In this document: piece by piece, positions 61,796 to 64,000 of the stretch
Layout: every line of letters starts with the position of its first letter
How positions within the stretch are numbered: the stretch's first letter is position 1
From: Chrysemys picta bellii
Lineage: Eukaryota
Direction: 5' to 3'
Length of the DNA stretch: 64,000 bases
Assembly (NCBI RefSeq): GCF_011386835.1
Contig: NC_088800.1
Span: 2,604,001 to 2,668,000 of the forward strand
Program-made: the position numbers and the translations under genes
Notes under the pieces: generated by a model
What the model was told of the DNA's origin: nothing
The model's database searches: none
What the model saw: the letters and a program-made list of their open reading frames with translations, nothing else

Positions 61796-62138
61796 AAAGA
61801 GCTTGGCTTGTTTAGCCTAGCGAAGGGGAGGCTGAGAGCGGGTCTGACGGCTCTCTAGAAATACACCAGGGAGGGAGAAGAGCTGCTGAAGCTAAAGGAC
61901 AATGTTGGCACAAGAACAAATGAGGATGAACTGGCCAGGAATAGACGGAGGCTGGAAGTAAGCAGGCGATTTCTGACCATCAGGGGAGTGAGGTCTGGAG
62001 CAGCCTCCCAGTCGGAGGAGTGGGAGCAAACAACCTAGCTGGGGTTAATATGGAGCTTGATTAGTCTGTGAAGAGGATGAGACGATGGGGTTGCCTACAA
62101 TAGACGGGGACTGGACTCACTGACCTAGGAGTTCTATG
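61796..62138 (+). mobile_element. Older CR1 3' end relic
   Basis: AAAGAGCTTGGCTTGTTTAGCCTAGCGAAGGGGAGGCTGAGA (KELGLFSLAKGRLR)...GGACTGGACTCACTGACCTAGGAG...TTCTATG. Confidence 0.7.
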
Positions 62139-64000
62139 GCTGCACCTCCATTCAAGCCAAAACAGAACCCGAAGGCCTCAGAGACTGGGCCAAATCCATG
62201 CCTGGAGCCCAGTTGCAGGGGTGCCTGAAGTGTGGTGTGTGCTGAGGTCATTCATTCCTGGGCCTGTCTGCAAAGCTTGCTCCGGCCCCGACTGGGATCG
62301 TTTGCACAGCAGGTCTGCATGGGGACAACAGCCAGGTCAGAACCCAGGCCTGCCCTGCCACTGTTTTCACAGAGCGAACAGCTGCCCCTCCGGGCCAAAT
62401 AACTAAATCTGTACTCAAACGTGGCCTCAATTAGGGATGCAGAATTTCCTTGGACTTTCAAACACAACAAAAGCAGCCCTGAGCAGGGAAGGTTGCCCCT
62501 GAAGTCACTATAATACGCCAAAGTACCCATCGTCATGCCAGTCTAGAATATACTATTAGGATGTTTTTACAAAGGGGGAACTCAAGCAGGTTTTACCTCT
62601 GGGTGTGAGATCAGTGCCCCAGTGCAAGCTAGTTAACATGCTCTGGGCTCACACGTTCTTCCTGGAAGTAAGCTGGAGTTACACTGACATGATAAACTCT
62701 AAGAGCTTTAAAAGAGCCATTCCCAACTGTGAAACAAATAGCCAGCCTACAAATCCTGTAAGCACTTAATTACATGGCTCTATTTATGTAACATTTAAAA
62801 GGCTCATGTAAGCCAGCAAAACTAAGGCGATCCAGAATTAAGGCTGAATGCCCAGCCCCCATGCATGTGAATCTGCCTCGAGTTTTTGGTCTGGCATCAC
62901 AACGTACCGGAAGGCTGGAGTGTTCAACTGGATTTTCAGCCTGAGTTCTGGATTTCCCTAGTTTTGTTTGAATTGCCCTGGTTTTTAAGTCACTTTTCAT
63001 TTTGTTCAAACATTTCCTGGGTTGGATGAAAAGTTGGAGTGGTTCTTCCTTCTTCCCCAGCTCAGTTTGTCAGGCTGGTCCCACCCCCTCCCCCCTTTAC
63101 TATTCTGCCTCTGAGCAGGAAATATGCTCCCCTTCCTAAGGTTTCTTGAGTGTGGAGGAAGGAGCCTCCATTTGGTTTAGAAACAGTGAAACTCCACCCA
63201 AGAAAGTTCTAAGAAATCTGGTTCATTATTTTTGGTCTAAATGTGGTCATGTGTCCTCAGCACTTCCTCCTTGGGATTGGCGGCAGAACTGATGAATGTG
63301 CCATCAAAGAACCCGATCTCTTCTGTACAGGGCAAAACCAGGAAGAGTGGGGGATCATCTGGGAGCTGGCCTATTCGTGAGATTTCCAACCTAATTGCAT
63401 TTAGATAAGCATCTGAATGTCAGGATGACTAATCAAACCAAAGAGCCAAGTTCTTTGACACTCCCCAGTTGCTAGATGTTCCTCTTTCCTTATTATTTCT
63501 TTGAACATCCCAGGCTGCCAGCTTTATCCACAAGTCTCAATAAAGGTAGAATGACTAGGGCTGGCTGAACTTCATTGAAGTTTGGAAAATGTCAATAAAG
63601 TTTGCATGGGGGTGGGGGAGCCATTGGATTTTTTTCACAAGGCTTTTTGCTGTTTTCTTTAGCTCATTCATATAGAATGAGATGGCTTTTTAAAAAAAAA
63701 ATCTGAACTTTTGACAAGTTTTAAAATAAAAAATATTGGAAATTTCACCCAAAAAAGTCCCTATTTTTGATTATTTAAGAGCCAGAACCAAAGTAATTTC
63801 TGGAAGTGACCATCCATTATCTTTTTTTACAAATTGAAGTTGGTTAAGTTTTTACTAGGCATATTTTTTTTTAAATAACTGTATAATGAGTCAGCTGGCT
63901 TCTTGGTAGAACACAGCCCATTCCAAGGAAAGAGCTGATGAACTAGATTATATTAATTCACTGCCAATAAACCACTCATGACTTTAGAAAATTTCTTGTT

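Overview
This 64-kb window is vertebrate, almost certainly turtle, genomic DNA. The evidence is four copies of the tRNA-derived tortoise PolIII/Cry-type SINE carrying CR1 3' tails, plus many turtle-type CR1, Penelope-like, hAT/Tigger MITE, MIR/AmnSINE, L2 and LTR relics. I recognise no protein-coding host gene, rRNA, tRNA gene or CRISPR array. The only ORF-track segments I recognise are decayed LINE fragments (CR1 RT and 3' end, L2 RT, probable RTE endonuclease). The window reads as intergenic or intronic sequence, with repeat-free islands that look regulatory and two possible non-coding first exons. The most notable items are: (1) three Penelope-type minimal hammerhead ribozyme motifs, one with every core element intact (56112-56151); (2) a 63-64 bp near-identical island shared by two otherwise diverged inverted CR1 copies 36 kb apart, a possible gene-conversion tract; (3) a 28-bp insertion in one arm of a palindromic MITE that matches sequence 1.9 kb downstream; and (4) a duplicated 18-mer that is both an AP-1 site and a minus-strand splice donor. 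Family names come from motif recognition, not database searches. I found no convincingly new biological system.
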